A stretch of DNA of 64,000 nt, taken from assembly GCF_001194135.2 (NCBI RefSeq), contig NC_068990.1, positions 45,591,628 through 45,655,627 of the forward strand, written 5' to 3'. The notes beneath the pieces were generated by a model, which was given only the letters and a program-made list of their open reading frames with translations, made no database searches and had not been told where the DNA came from. Position 1 is the stretch's first letter; each line of letters begins with the position of its first letter. Source of the stretch: Octopus bimaculoides. Lineage: Eukaryota. The position numbers were made by a program, and so were the translations under genes. Positions 22,950 through 35,861 of the stretch are shown piece after piece.

Positions 22950-23800
22950 AAATGAAGACATGCAATCATTGTTGCTGTATGTGTGGAACACAGTGATTTA
23001 GAAATTGCCAACTTTCTAAATATTGCAAGCTCTTTCGTACAAAAGGTTCAGATGGAATTGGAAACTTCTGGCAGGAATGTTTTAGCTGAAGCAAAGGGAA
23101 AAAAAAAAACATTGTAAATGTTTGGACACCAAAATTCATCCAACAGGTTCAAATCATTGGAGAATCAATGACAACCATTGCCAAAGAACTTTAGGTGTCA
23201 GAGTGGATTGTTAGAAGTGTGGAGTACAAGGACATTCAACAAATTGTATGTATTGAGGAGAGGCCAATTCATTTCAGCAGGAAAACCATTTGGTCTGCTG
23301 CAAGAGTTTAACTTAGTTAAAAACCCCTTTGAACATGGCATACTTTGGTTCATCGATGAGAAAAACTTTGAACAAGACGAAAAGTCTAACATGAAAAACA
23401 ACAGGTCATTATGTACAGATCCTTCTGGTATCTCTTGAGTGCTGCATACTAAGTTTCCAGCTACTCTGATAGTTTTAGGAGTGGTGAGCAACAAAGGTCA
23501 TTTATGCTATGTCATGTCTTTCCACAGGGTCATAGAATTAATGCTGAGGTGTTGAGACAGTTAAGTCTAGGATGGATGAAGTATGTAGTGGAAGGCCATA
23601 TGTGTTTCAACAAAACAGCACCATTTTACAAAGCTCGCATAACAAGAACGGATGTCAGACAATGTTTACAATTATGTAACACAAAACATTACCTCCAAAC
23701 TTACCAGATTTACACCTGTGGATTACTACGTTTGGAGCCTTTTTAGAAGGGAGACTAATCTACATACAACAATTCCACTCCTGCATTAAAGCAGTCACAG
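22950..23800 (+). mobile_element. Degenerate Tc1/mariner transposase (maT-like)
   Basis: HAIIVAVCVEHSDLEIANFL, LWFIDEKNFEQDEK, TKFPATLIVLGVVS, CFNKTAPFYKA. Multiple frameshifts. Confidence 0.8.
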
Positions 23801-24113
23801 AAGCTGAAGGGTGATCCATAAAATAGTCTTAGAAAGCTTATTGAGAATATATGCATACATTTGTATTACAGTTGTTTTATTGACCCTTTAGTATTCAGAT
23901 TTCTCTGTCAAATCTAATGCTTATTTATTCACATTATTTATTTTTGCATTGTTGGGTAGGTGTGAGAGGCCAGATCTGGCTGGTTTGAACATAAAACAGG
24001 TAGAATATTTGGGTTGGATATGGTGGCCAGTTTAAATTACCAAATATGTCCTCAAACACTTCTCACATTCTGTGTACATGTGTATGTACATTATATGCAT
24101 GCACATGTATATA

Positions 24114-24150
<37 letters not shown>

Positions 24151-24416
24151 ATGTATATATATATATATATATGTATGTATATATTTATATATATATATAT
24201 ATGTATGTATATATTTATATATATATATATATGTATGTATATATTTATATATNNNNNNNNNNNNNNNNNNNNNNNNNNNNNNNNNNNNNNNNNNNNNNNN
24301 NNNNNNNNNNNNNNNNNNNNNNNNNNNNNNNNNNNNNNNNNNNNNNNNNNNNNNNNNNNNNNNNNNNNNNNNNNNNNNNNNNNNNNNNNNNNNNNNNNNN
24401 NNNNNNNNNNNNNNNN

Positions 24417-24453
<37 letters not shown>

Positions 24454-25944
24454 TGCAGATGTATAATTATACATCTACATATGTACATATTTTAATTTTT
24501 TTTAAAAGAAATTTTCCTCTCTAAATGAAATATTGAAATGCTTCAGTTGCAAGTGTACAAATATTTACATGTGTGTGTAATTCTGATGATATAACTGTAT
24601 GAGTACATGCATATTATGCACACACACACACACACGTGTTTTCCTAAAATGCAACATTGACACTATTTATAACTCAGCAGTAACTGAGAGTTCTCATAAA
24701 ATTAAGGTTTGTACTCAACAGTCACTATAAATTTTGGACATTTGAAATGGTAATGATTGGAAGAAAAGACAGAATTATAATTTTAAAATTAGCTTTATTA
24801 TTGTTTTCAAATTTAACAGACGGTATTAATAAAGATAATCTGAAGGTAATACTCCACTGAGACTTCATTCTACTGTTGTTTGATGTTGGAACAGTTTCAA
24901 CTAATGATAGTGGCAATAGTTTTCTATACTTCTGTTGTGGAGTGAAATGAACCTGAAGTTTTGTCACAACTTCAAGAGCTAAACAGTCTTGTAATCCAAA
25001 TGAGCAGCACGTTACATGCACACACACATGCAGTTTTACAATGTAATTTCAACCTAATTAGTAACTGAGCAAACACACAATGGTAAATGAAGTACTGAAC
25101 CTGCTATCTTTGGCCATTTTAGCAAAGATGACAGTGGATGGAGTGAAGACATGTCATTGCGATAACAAATACTCAACCAAAGTCTCAGTTATATTTTCAA
25201 ATTTTATGTTAATATAATTCAAAAAGTGAAGCAAATTTGAATGCACTGAAATAGTTAAAACCTATAGCTATAGATGGAGAGAATGAAATTTGTCTTGTGG
25301 CTAGAGAATAGTTATACAGGGTGAAAGCAGATTCAGATACATCAGCAACTTGTCAACTCTTCAAAGCCTAAATTTATAAAGGATCTTTCGTTTCTTCATG
25401 CTAACTACTCACAAAACCCAACATAAAGACTTACATTCCATGATTAAAATTTGTTTTAATTTGAGGAATGGGTTTCATAAAGCAGTTTTCGTTCTACATC
25501 ATTCAAACTGCTAGTAAACATGATTTGAACTGTAAATGGAGAGAAAATGATGGCATTTTAAGGTAAAAATATCTTTCTTTCTTCACTTAATGAAATTTTA
25601 ATAAAATTAGGATTTTCTTTTTTCATAAATTTGCTATGAATTTAAATTTCCTTTTTAAGTGAAAAGAATAAAAAGACAGTAATTTGACAAATAACTGCTG
25701 TCATCTATGCAGTCATTTGCATACAAAAAGAAATGCCAGCACTGAAGCATTCAGAACAGATACATAAATATGTGTCAAACCTTTAGTAATGTTATCTATT
25801 ATTAAAGACTTCCTACTTGCAAAAGCAATGGCTAAACATTTGGGACAAAATGTTTTTAATAACATTGTAACATTGGCTTTATAATAATAGTAGAGGTAGC
25901 ATTAACTGATAAATTTGCTTCACTTTATATATATATATATATAT

Positions 25945-25985
<41 letters not shown>

Positions 25986-26058
25986 CATATGTATATATAC
26001 ACATATATATATACACATATATACATACATATATATACACACATATACATACACATAT

Positions 26059-26111
<53 letters not shown>

Positions 26112-26243
26112 TATATATATATATACACACATATACATACACATATATACATACATATATATATATATATATATACGGACACACACCACCAGTAATTTAC
26201 AGACACCTGAAAGAGAAAGAGCTGATAGTTGTTGTTATTGTTG

Positions 26244-26280
<37 letters not shown>

Positions 26281-27155
26281 CATCATCATCATAAGACGAA
26301 AGAGAGTTACTGATCAGTCTTTTGAGATGTGTTTTTGTCTGCTGAAAGAATCTGAAGAAGAACTTGAAACAAAATATAGTGAAATATAATGGTGTTTTTG
26401 CTTTGTTGTTGCTGAGACAATATCTGTTGTATTTATATCACTAAATACAACAGTACACACGCTTCGCTACATCTACACACTCAAATTCTACTTTCACTAC
26501 CTTCACAAGGTTGACTTATCTTCCCCACCAACTCCTTCTCCTACCATTTACTTCGCAATCAGAATAGTTTTGGTCATTTGTTTTCAGAATCATTTGCTTT
26601 TCAAGTAAAAAGATTCTAAATTGTTTTCCTGTTTTGCTTGCATTTTGCTTTTTTTTTTGTTATTTTTCTTTTTATTTTAATTATATTTCCCTCATTCACT
26701 TTCACTAGTGAACTTTTCTATTGGTCAGTGTAAAAATTATAAATTAATATTTTATATTATTATCATTAATTATTATTATTATTTTTATTATTATTATTAA
26801 TTATTATTTTTATTATTAGTATTATTATTATTAATCATTATTATTTACAAAACTTATGTTGAACTGAAAGCTGTATGCCAGCTTTGTTCATTTAATGAAA
26901 GGGCAGGAAGTACTGAAGGGATCAAGGAAACACTAAAGAAGGGAATGTTACTGAGTTTTCTCTAGTCATTTCCTTTATTTCCTCCAGCTGCCCATTTACT
27001 TCCCATCCACATCTCAGCTATGAAGTCCCAGCTTCTTGCATAACCTAAAAATTGCAGCAAACAGCTGGTTAAGAGCTAGTTCTAGTTGAATGGGGAAAGA
27101 AAATAACAAAAAATGAAAAAAAAAATAATAATAATAATATTAATAATAATTTGGA

Positions 27156-27323
27156 TCATTGCCACAAGTTAGTTGATAAAGTCTGTCCTGAAGTAGGCTG
27201 CATGCCCCAGGGATTACTAGCTTGATTAGCAGGAGCTCCAACAGGTGGCCGTACTCCCATTTGACCAGTGGGTGGGATGACATTTGATGTATTTAAACGC
27301 ATCGCTGCTAACTGGTGTTGCAT
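27156..27323 (-). CDS. SMAP1: SMAP1/2-like ArfGAP, terminal coding exon
   Basis: Acceptor ctttcttacAG. MQHQLAAMRLNTSNVIPPTGQMGVRPPVGAPANQASNPWGMQPTSGQTLSTNLWQ*. The C-terminus matches the SMAP1 ending as I recall it (SGQTLSTQLWK). SMAP1 versus SMAP2 cannot be resolved. Confidence 0.9.
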   Translation of the reverse strand: MQHQLAAMRLNTSNVIPPTGQMGVRPPVGAPANQASNPWGMQPTSGQTLSTNLWQ

Positions 27324-29800
27324 CTGTAAGAAAGACATTGAGAAGAAATTAGTTGTAATGAAAATATGAGAGTTTTGTGGGGTAGAAAGTAAAATAAGTA
27401 AAAGATTTAAATTGAGTTCCTTCTACACTAAAACTACAGTGTTTTCTGGCATACAAGTCAAATTTTTCAGACCAAAGTTTAGTCAAAATGGTAGGTCAAC
27501 TTATACTCCAAGATGATTTTGGAGGACCAAAAATTCCATATGAAATGCAGCAGGACTTGGAGAGATAGATGCAGTATTTGAATGTTTACACAACATCTTT
27601 ACACTATATGAACTTGTATATTATAATATGGTAATTCCTATTGAATGTCATCATCTCCATCAGTATAATGTGCATTCTTTTCTGTTGGCATGGCTAGAGA
27701 AAGATTATACAATTTATCTTAACTATGAAGGGTAATAACTAAGGTCTTATCTTATTCCTTCCATACTATACAGTCCCAAGTAAGGTACTGTATACACATG
27801 TCGTTATGTTACAAGAGCAGCTGTATGTTTTGTCATTGTGACCCATCTTTGAAACATATACCCATTTCCTATATATATATCTGCCTACAATTCTATTCTA
27901 TTACCTCTCTTTTGACTAACATTACATGCATAATGTATCACACATGTATAATGTATCATAGCTGTTGTTTGCAAGTGAGTATGTCTTGGCAGCATGTACA
28001 ATACTTTTGCTAATTGTTTTAGATGTATAGGTAGTTGCAAGCAGATACAGACAACTTCTGGCCCTCTTACCTCTTGACCCAGCAGGACACCATGGATATG
28101 ACAACTGAGGTGCAAAAGGGCTGCATCAACACTGGGATAATACTCATTTTTGGTTGATTAGACTAAAGCAAAGTGAAATGAACTGTTTTGCTCAAAGACA
28201 CAATGCACTGCTTGGTCCAGAAATCAAACTCACAAGCTTACAATCCTGATCCCAATGCTTTAATCACCAGACCATGTGCCCTCACAAATACATAATGTAA
28301 ACTACAAAATCATCATCATCATCATTTAGCATCCATTTTCCATGCTGGCATGGTTTAGACAGTTTGACTGTGACTGGTAAGCTGGAGAGCTGTTAGGCTG
28401 CAGTCTGATTTAGCTTGGTTTTCACAGTCGGATACCCTTCCTAACACTAACCACTCCAAGAGTATAGTGGGGTGCTGGCATGGGTGCCTTTTACCTGGCA
28501 CTGGTCACAACTACAATTTCACTTGGCTTTACATGAAAAACAAAGTTAATGTCAGAAAAGTTATTATAAAATGCTATCGGCTTTTTTAATCTTTAGGGAT
28601 CTTAAAAAATACTTACAATCAAGGTTATATTGTACTATGAAATATACCTATAGATTTTAAGTCAAAACTATACATATAGACAGAGATAAATGTCTCGTCT
28701 TTACATACAATATTTTTGTGAACAGGATAAGAAAGATAAGCTGGATTAGTTTCAATCCTGTTCTAGAATTTCATCAATGACTGATTATCCTCTTTGCTAC
28801 ATAAATAGCACTGATGCTGATGCCATGTAAAAAGCACTGATGCTGGAGCCATGTACAAAGCACTGGTGTTGGAGCCACATAAAAAGTACCCAGTACACTC
28901 TGTAAAGTGCTTCATGTTAGGAAGGGCATGCAGCTGTAGAAACCAAGCCAAAACAGATTATGAAACTTGGTGTGACCTCTGGCCTTGCCTGCTCCTGTCA
29001 AGCTGTCCAACCCATGCCAGCCTGGAAGACAGACATTAAATGATGATGATAATCCATAGAGACACTGTTTGTAAAGCCACAATTATTAAAGGCCTAAATG
29101 GATAGACTAATGGCATATACAGAACATTGTGTGAAACTAGTTTAATTAATCAACAAAGATGATGTGTTTCCATTTGTTTGTACACAGTGCTGTAATACAG
29201 CATAACATTGAAACAAAACCTTATTAATGCACCAGCTAATTATTTTCAAGATCAAGGAACAGAAGGAAACAATGAAGATCTTACAACAAAATTTATGCCA
29301 AATGGTTGAACAATAAAATGACTCTGTTTTCTTTTACAATTTTTTTTTAAATGAAGGAAAATAAAGCCTAGTTTAATTGATCCAAATTAGAAAAGCCAAC
29401 ATGCAGAAAAAATATTTGTTATTCTATAAGAAGGACAGTTTCTAAACATATAAACAAATTATTTTTAGATAGATATCCATATTCTGTGTCTTTCTCTGTT
29501 CTGCTCAACAAAGCAGGCAACCTGTTCCATATTTATTATTTTTCAATTAACAACCTATTTGACTTCTTTTATTTTTCTTGATTTAAAAGAATTTCATGTG
29601 ACTAATATTTCAATTTACAGCCAATTTGGGAAATCACTCCACTGTTGAGTGGTTGTATGTAAAACTATTCAGTGCCTCGAGACAGTGATGGCTCAGTTAC
29701 ATATTATTCACTCAACCATTTCTATCACTAACAAATCAGTGATATCACTATAAAAGAAAAGCTGACAATGTTGAATAGATCAATATACAAAATCAATTAC

Positions 29801-29962
29801 CTGTTGCATATTCATTTGGTTCATCTGTGGTTGTGCTTGAGTAGCTGCATACATCCCCATCTGAGGAGGCTGCATCATCATACCAGCTGCTGCTGGCATA
29901 GAATTGCTTCCAGGGGCAGTTGCCATCATACCAGTTGCATTCAGTTGATACAAGCCAGGTTG
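29801..29962 (-). CDS. SMAP1: SMAP-like exon (162 nt, phase 0-0), Met/Gln-rich
   Basis: AG/GT ends. QPGLYQLNATGMMATAPGSNSMPAAAGMMMQPPQMGMYAATQAQPQMNQMNMQQ. Confidence 0.9.
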
Positions 29963-30448
29963 CTGTAATTAAAATATCAGTGAAAATGACAACTAAACTA
30001 CATTTAATGGGTAGTTCACTTGGTTCAACCAATTATTCATTGAAACTGTACAATAACAGTAGACATGAACAACACATAACACCCATTTCATTAGAGTGAA
30101 ACTACTAATACATGCATTGTATATGGGAAATGTGCCCCCTCACACCAATTTTTGATATATACTGAAAATGAAGCATATCAATTTTGATTACTTCATTAAT
30201 GACAATTATTAATTATTTTTGTCACTGCTTTAATTATTTTGGTCCAATTAATCTTGCTAATATGAATTTGGGATGAACTGATGCGAAAACAATTTAGTGA
30301 TTTATTCTTAGAATAATATGAATGGGTTTTATATTTTGTTGGACAATCCCAGTTTTGAAAATACATATACTAAAGCTAGTGAATAACCATTATCATCTGA
30401 TATTAATGTTCAACGAAGGGTTATAGACTTTAAATAATCATAACTTAC

Positions 30449-30567
30449 TGGCATGCCAACTAATCCTGGATTCACCATCCCTGTCATGCCTTGCTGTACA
30501 GCCATAGAATTGTTGGCTGGCATTGTTGGCTGAACATTGATTCCTTGGGCTGGCATATACATCCCCC
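30449..30567 (-). CDS. SMAP1: SMAP-like exon (119 nt, phase 1-0)
   Basis: tttcAG and GTaagt ends. (G)GMYMPAQGINVQPTMPANNSMAVQQGMTGMVNPGLVGMP. Confidence 0.9.
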
Positions 30568-32449
30568 CTGAAAGTTAAAGAAGTTTATGAAAACATTTAA
30601 ATGCTCAGTTTTTACAATTATATGAGAAATGATCTTTTTAGTTATGAGCATTTCAACAAAAAGATATTCAGAGTAAAATGAAGGAATAGTTTGAAATAAA
30701 CATGTTCAAGTTTCTCTATCTAAACAATGGTAGGTAGAAGTTATGCGTGACACTGTCTTTTGCAATAAAAAGATGCCATTATTTCTCAGCTTGGCAAATA
30801 ACTGAGTTACTACTGAGCCATTTAGAGGAAAGAATAACTACAAACAAAATGACCTATATTTAAATAAGGCAAAGGAGAAGAAATAAATGAAATTAAATTT
30901 AGGAATAAATTATTCTTAAGTTTGAAGTTACAGAAAAGTTTACCAAAAAGAAAACAAAGTTGATATATCGCAAAATTAGGTATGCGAGTACAATGTGAAA
31001 GATGCTGAAAAGAGGTGGAGAAGAGAAAGGAATATAACATGTATCATACAATAAAAGAAAGGAAGTATGGTGCATCTTTGACATGAAAAACTGCAGAGAC
31101 TATATTTTTCATAAAGAATATACATTTTCTCTCATACTTTTATCTATCTTTTACACCCCATCTTGTAGCATAAAGTTACCCTCTCGGGGTTTGTTGAATT
31201 GCAAACTGCATGCTGGCCTCACTAGTGCTGGTGGCATGAAAAAAGCACCCAGTCCAACCCATGCCAGCATGGAATATGGATGTTAAATGATCAAGATGAA
31301 GCTGAATATACAGTAATATGTCAGTATAATCAGATTGATGATAATAGATAACTAATTTATAGTTATACATATGTAATGTAAATAAAAATATTTCAATACC
31401 AACAGGTTACAACCATTTACTTGGTCTTAATTATTGTCTGTTTATGAGTTGCTATACTGATAACTTTAGCTTCCAGTGGTATCGGATATAGAAGTTATGA
31501 AATGTATACAATTATGCTTCAGAGCAAACACTTCCAAAGAGCATTAAGACAGTTCATCGTTGGTTAGTATTTCAAGTCATAAAGCCACTAGGTTATTTCA
31601 TTCAGCTGTTCTGTCTTCAGATTGTAATGTTTGTTTTTGTTTTAATTCATGAAGAACAACAATTGTTTAACTCTGGAAATTGAATAGGTGTTGAATTATT
31701 GCTATAAGCAGTGTTTCTTGGAATGTTTTGAGCTGGTTTTGCAGTATGAAATGTAAATAAATGAAGATGATGATTCCAGAGATCTAGGAAAGATAACAAT
31801 GAGAATAACTTATATATATCAAAAACAAATAGTTGGCCACAATGGATACAAATAAATATCAATCTGCAAAAATATACCCAGTGAGGAGAAACCAAGCCCC
31901 AGCCCTGCTACCACAAAAAAAAAAAAAAAAAAAAAANNNNNNNNNNAAAAAAAAAAAAAAAAGAAAAAACTCAGGAGATATAAACAAGTACATTAGAAAT
32001 GTGATAGACAATTACAATTCTAATAAAAAGAAAAAGAAAGTATTGAAACTTTGCTAATCAATCTAACTTGAATATCTCAATGTTTTTTGTTAACTTTAGT
32101 TGTCTTTTTTGCGTGCCCTTGATAAATTTTTACGTATGAATATTCATCATCACCATCATTGTTTTAATGTCTACTTTTCTATGATTTCATGGGTTTATAT
32201 AAGCCCTCACTGAGGTAGAATTTGCTACAGCTGGATGCTCTTTCCATTGCCAACCATCGCCTGTTTCCAAGCAAGGTAATATTTCCCCTAGTCTACTGAA
32301 CAATGAATAGTACAGACATCATTTGTATTAGTGATGACTCATTAATTGCAATCAGCACACGCGTCAAGATAAGGGGAATACAGACCTTCTCTCTATCTAT
32401 CTATCTCTCTCTCTCTCTCTCACACACACCATGAGCTTCTAGTTTCTTA

Positions 32450-32680
32450 TTTCTTTATTGCCCACAAGGGGCTACACACAGAGGGGACAAACAAGGACAA
32501 ACAAACGGATTAAGTCGATTATATTGACCCCAGTGCGTAACTGGAACTTATTTAATCGACCCCGAAAGGATGAAAGGCAAAGTCGACCTCGGCAGAATTT
32601 GAACTCAGAGTGTAGCAGCAGACGAAATATCGCAAAGCATTTCGCCCGGCGTGCTAACGTTTCTGCCAGCTCGCCGCCTT
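32450..32680 (-). mobile_element. tRNA-derived SINE (family A), young copy inside a SMAP intron
   Basis: Near-identical to 19786-20010. Confidence 0.9.
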
Positions 32681-33291
32681 ACATGAGCTTCTAGTTTCTG
32701 CCAAGCAAATGTCACTCGCAAGGTNNNNNNNNNNNNNNNNNNNNNNNNNNNNNNNNNNNNNNNNNNNNNNNNNNNNNNNNNNNNNNNNNNNNNNNNNNNN
32801 NNNNNNNNNNNNNNNNNNNNNNNNNNNNNNNNNNNNNNNNNNNNNNNNNNNNNNNNNNNNNNNNNNNNNNNNNNNNNNNNNNNNNNNNNNNNNNNNNNNN
32901 NNNNNNNNNNNNNNNNNNNNNNNNNNNNNNNNNNNNNNNNNNNNNNNNNNNNNNNNNNNNNNNNNNNNNNNNNNNNNNNNNNNNNNNNNNNNNNNNNNNN
33001 NNNNNNNNNNNNNNNNNNNNNNNNNNNNNNNNNNNNNNNNNNNNNNNNNNNNNNNNNNNNNNTTTCACTGTTTCATTTTCCTTTTGACATTCCATTCAAA
33101 TTCATCACATCTCAATCTGAATGGAAAGAGGAAACTTTTATTCTTTTATGTTAGTTCAGTATCATGGTTAAGCACCATCTAATAATCTGGTGCTATTCTA
33201 ACTTGGATTTTGGCAATGAAAAAGTGGAAACTTTAAAACATTGCCAGAATTGTGAGAGCATTAGAAAAATGTCTTGCAGTATTTCTTCAGA

Positions 33292-33342
<51 letters not shown>

Positions 33343-34143
33343 GCAGACAGGGGGGAAAAAGAGCAGGGAGATAAAAGAATATACTACGCCATTTAGAAAT
33401 GGAATCCAAAGAAGGAACATCAGTCACAAAGAAAATTTAGAACTCTTACTTATAACTGTTTTGCAGGCTGAAAGTCATTCAGTTTGGGATAATTTGGAAA
33501 TTCATGCCTATTTCAAGGACATTAGTAAGGTGAAGCTGAGATGCATGAAGTGGGAATTGAAACCAGGCTGCAGAAGTCATTCCATCCTTTTTCAAATTCC
33601 CAGTATGAGTTTTGATGTAAATGTGTACATTGCCATTCATTAAGTAATATTGCCATATCTCTTTTGAGAAGGGTATCCAGTATTATGTTGACATTCTACA
33701 CAGTAATTGTTTTAAATAGGTACAAGAGCAAAATTTTCAGGGAAAATACTTTAGTCAGTTGAATTCAATCTAGCATATTAAGGCGCTTATTTTATTGATC
33801 TAAGTCACTAAAAAACACTTTAAGTTTTGAAATTACAAACAAGGAAAGGAGTAAACTAAATACGTCTATAGTTCTTGCATTGGGCAGCAAATATTGAAAA
33901 AAAAAGTCAAAAATAAATAATTGTGTTTAAAAAACAGAGTTAAATGTCATCTATAGAGATAACATCTGTACTTATCAGTAAGAATAGAATGCATGAGGTT
34001 TATAAATGTGCATTTACAGATATATTTATTAATAGCAAGCATGCACTAAGAGGCGTGTACATGTATGTGTGTACATATGTGTGCATGTGTGTATGTATGT
34101 TCATATAAGTTATTGATTAGGATTTTAAGATAGATAGTATTAA

Positions 34144-34405
34144 CTCTTTTGAGACCATATTTCTGTTCAAATACACCACCTTTGTTTCAATTCATTTGAA
34201 AAATAACGAAGAATTTAATGAAATAATTTTGTTATTAAGCTGGTATTTGAAACATAAATCAGCATGAAATTTTGATGGGAAATTTTAATTTAGATAACTT
34301 TGAGGTCTCTGTGTAGTAGCTAAATTTCCTTCAAATCATACCCTAAACTCTGAAAGTTTATAACATAGAATAGGGGTGGTCTCAGGTGCGTTGGTACCAA
34401 AAGAG
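34144..34405. mobile_element. piggyBac-like MITE
   Basis: TTAA|CTCTTTTGAGACCA ... TGGTACCAAAAGAG|TTGA: short TIRs with TTAA on the left and a decayed TTAA on the right. A related TTAA-type element remnant is at about 23881-24030. Confidence 0.55.
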
Positions 34406-35708
34406 TTGAATAGGTCTTGCATGGCATGTGACAGATATAAATTCCAAGTCTTATCAGTATAATTGTTATTTTTATTTTAACCTCAGATTTGGTGTTTAGA
34501 AATGTTTAATGTTTAATCAATATATTTCATTGTGCTTGCTATCATATTTGAAGATATTTTTATAAATTCTTAAGTAAATAAACAAAATAATTTTTTCTTT
34601 TCTCTATTTTATAATTATGTCTCCATGACAACATGGTTAGAAGATTGTTTGAAAAATTTTGAACATTGCTATTGTTGGAATCAGCATGATACTATTCCTT
34701 CAGCTAACTTTTTGTCTAAGAAAGAAGCACCTTATCCGACAGTCAAATTGAGGTAAGCAAAATAATGTATCTTGCTCAGACATACAATACAATCCGTACT
34801 GTGTATGTATGCATGTTTAATCTTACTGTGAAGTTCAAAAGAGCACATAACAATCTTTACAAAGTTTATACATGATTGATTGAAAGAGCACAAGCATACT
34901 CAATTATTTTGAGTTGGAGGAGGTTCAAGTAGGAACTGAAACTATGATTGTTCTATTGTTGATCATAATTGTTTAATTTTCTTTCTGACCATTTTTATTT
35001 CACCCCACACGAGATCATCCATACTAAAGTGTTCATATTTAAGTTAAAATCTTAATAAAAATTTCATTACAATGTAAAGGAATAACATGGGATTTCAGTT
35101 GGTCAACATGTTACATAACATAAACCAATATATAAAGCTAAAGGTATTTTATTAAACTCTTCTCTTTCATTATATAGAAAGTTAAGTGAGACATCTAGGC
35201 AGTCTACTCATTAAAATTTTAATCAGGAAACTGTTGACTTGAAATGACATCTCCACAGTAAGACTAAGTGTGTTTATGGATTATTGTAGGCATGGCTGTG
35301 TGATCTAACATATAATTAACTTTGTGGAACACAATAGCTGCAGTAGTAAGGATTGAACTCATGACCCTGTAGTCAGTAGCCTAGTGCCTTGGCTGCACAA
35401 AAATGAAGAATATGTGATAAAAGATATCACAATAGAACATTACTAAAAACATCTAATTATAGTTAGGTAAAGAAGAAAAAAGAAAAAGACAATGCAAATG
35501 AATTAGTTGAAAGTACAAGGATTAAGGGAGGAAGGTAAATGGATGTGAACTACATGAGTTCAAAAGTTCATTGCAAACTAGAATATTGTAGATTGGTGTG
35601 AATATGTGAGAAAGACAAAATAAATAAATAAATAAATAAAGAGTAAAATATAGAAAGCCATTGCAAGGAAGCACCATCAAAATAGAACCCAGTCACCAAA
35701 AGATGTAC

Positions 35709-35861
35709 CTGGAGTGGTTGTGTCTGTAAACAACTTGTATTGGTTGACAGGTTCAGTATTAGGCTGCTGAGCCAAGAACATAGAGCCTTGGGGAGCCATG
35801 CCAGGTTGGCTAAACATTTGCTGACCACTGAAGAAGGAAGGCACTTGGCTGTAGGCACCCC
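35709..35861 (-). CDS. SMAP1: SMAP-like exon (153 nt, symmetric phase 1-1; possible cassette)
   Basis: ctattgtAG and GTacat ends. (G)GAYSQVPSFFSGQQMFSQPGMAPQGSMFLAQQPNTEPVNQYKLFTDTTTP(G), in frame with both neighbours. Confidence 0.7.

Noticed and set aside
33164-33643. 159-aa plus-strand ORF inside a SMAP intron
   Set aside because: It spans (TA)n(GA)n, has no motif, and has AT-rich intron-like composition.
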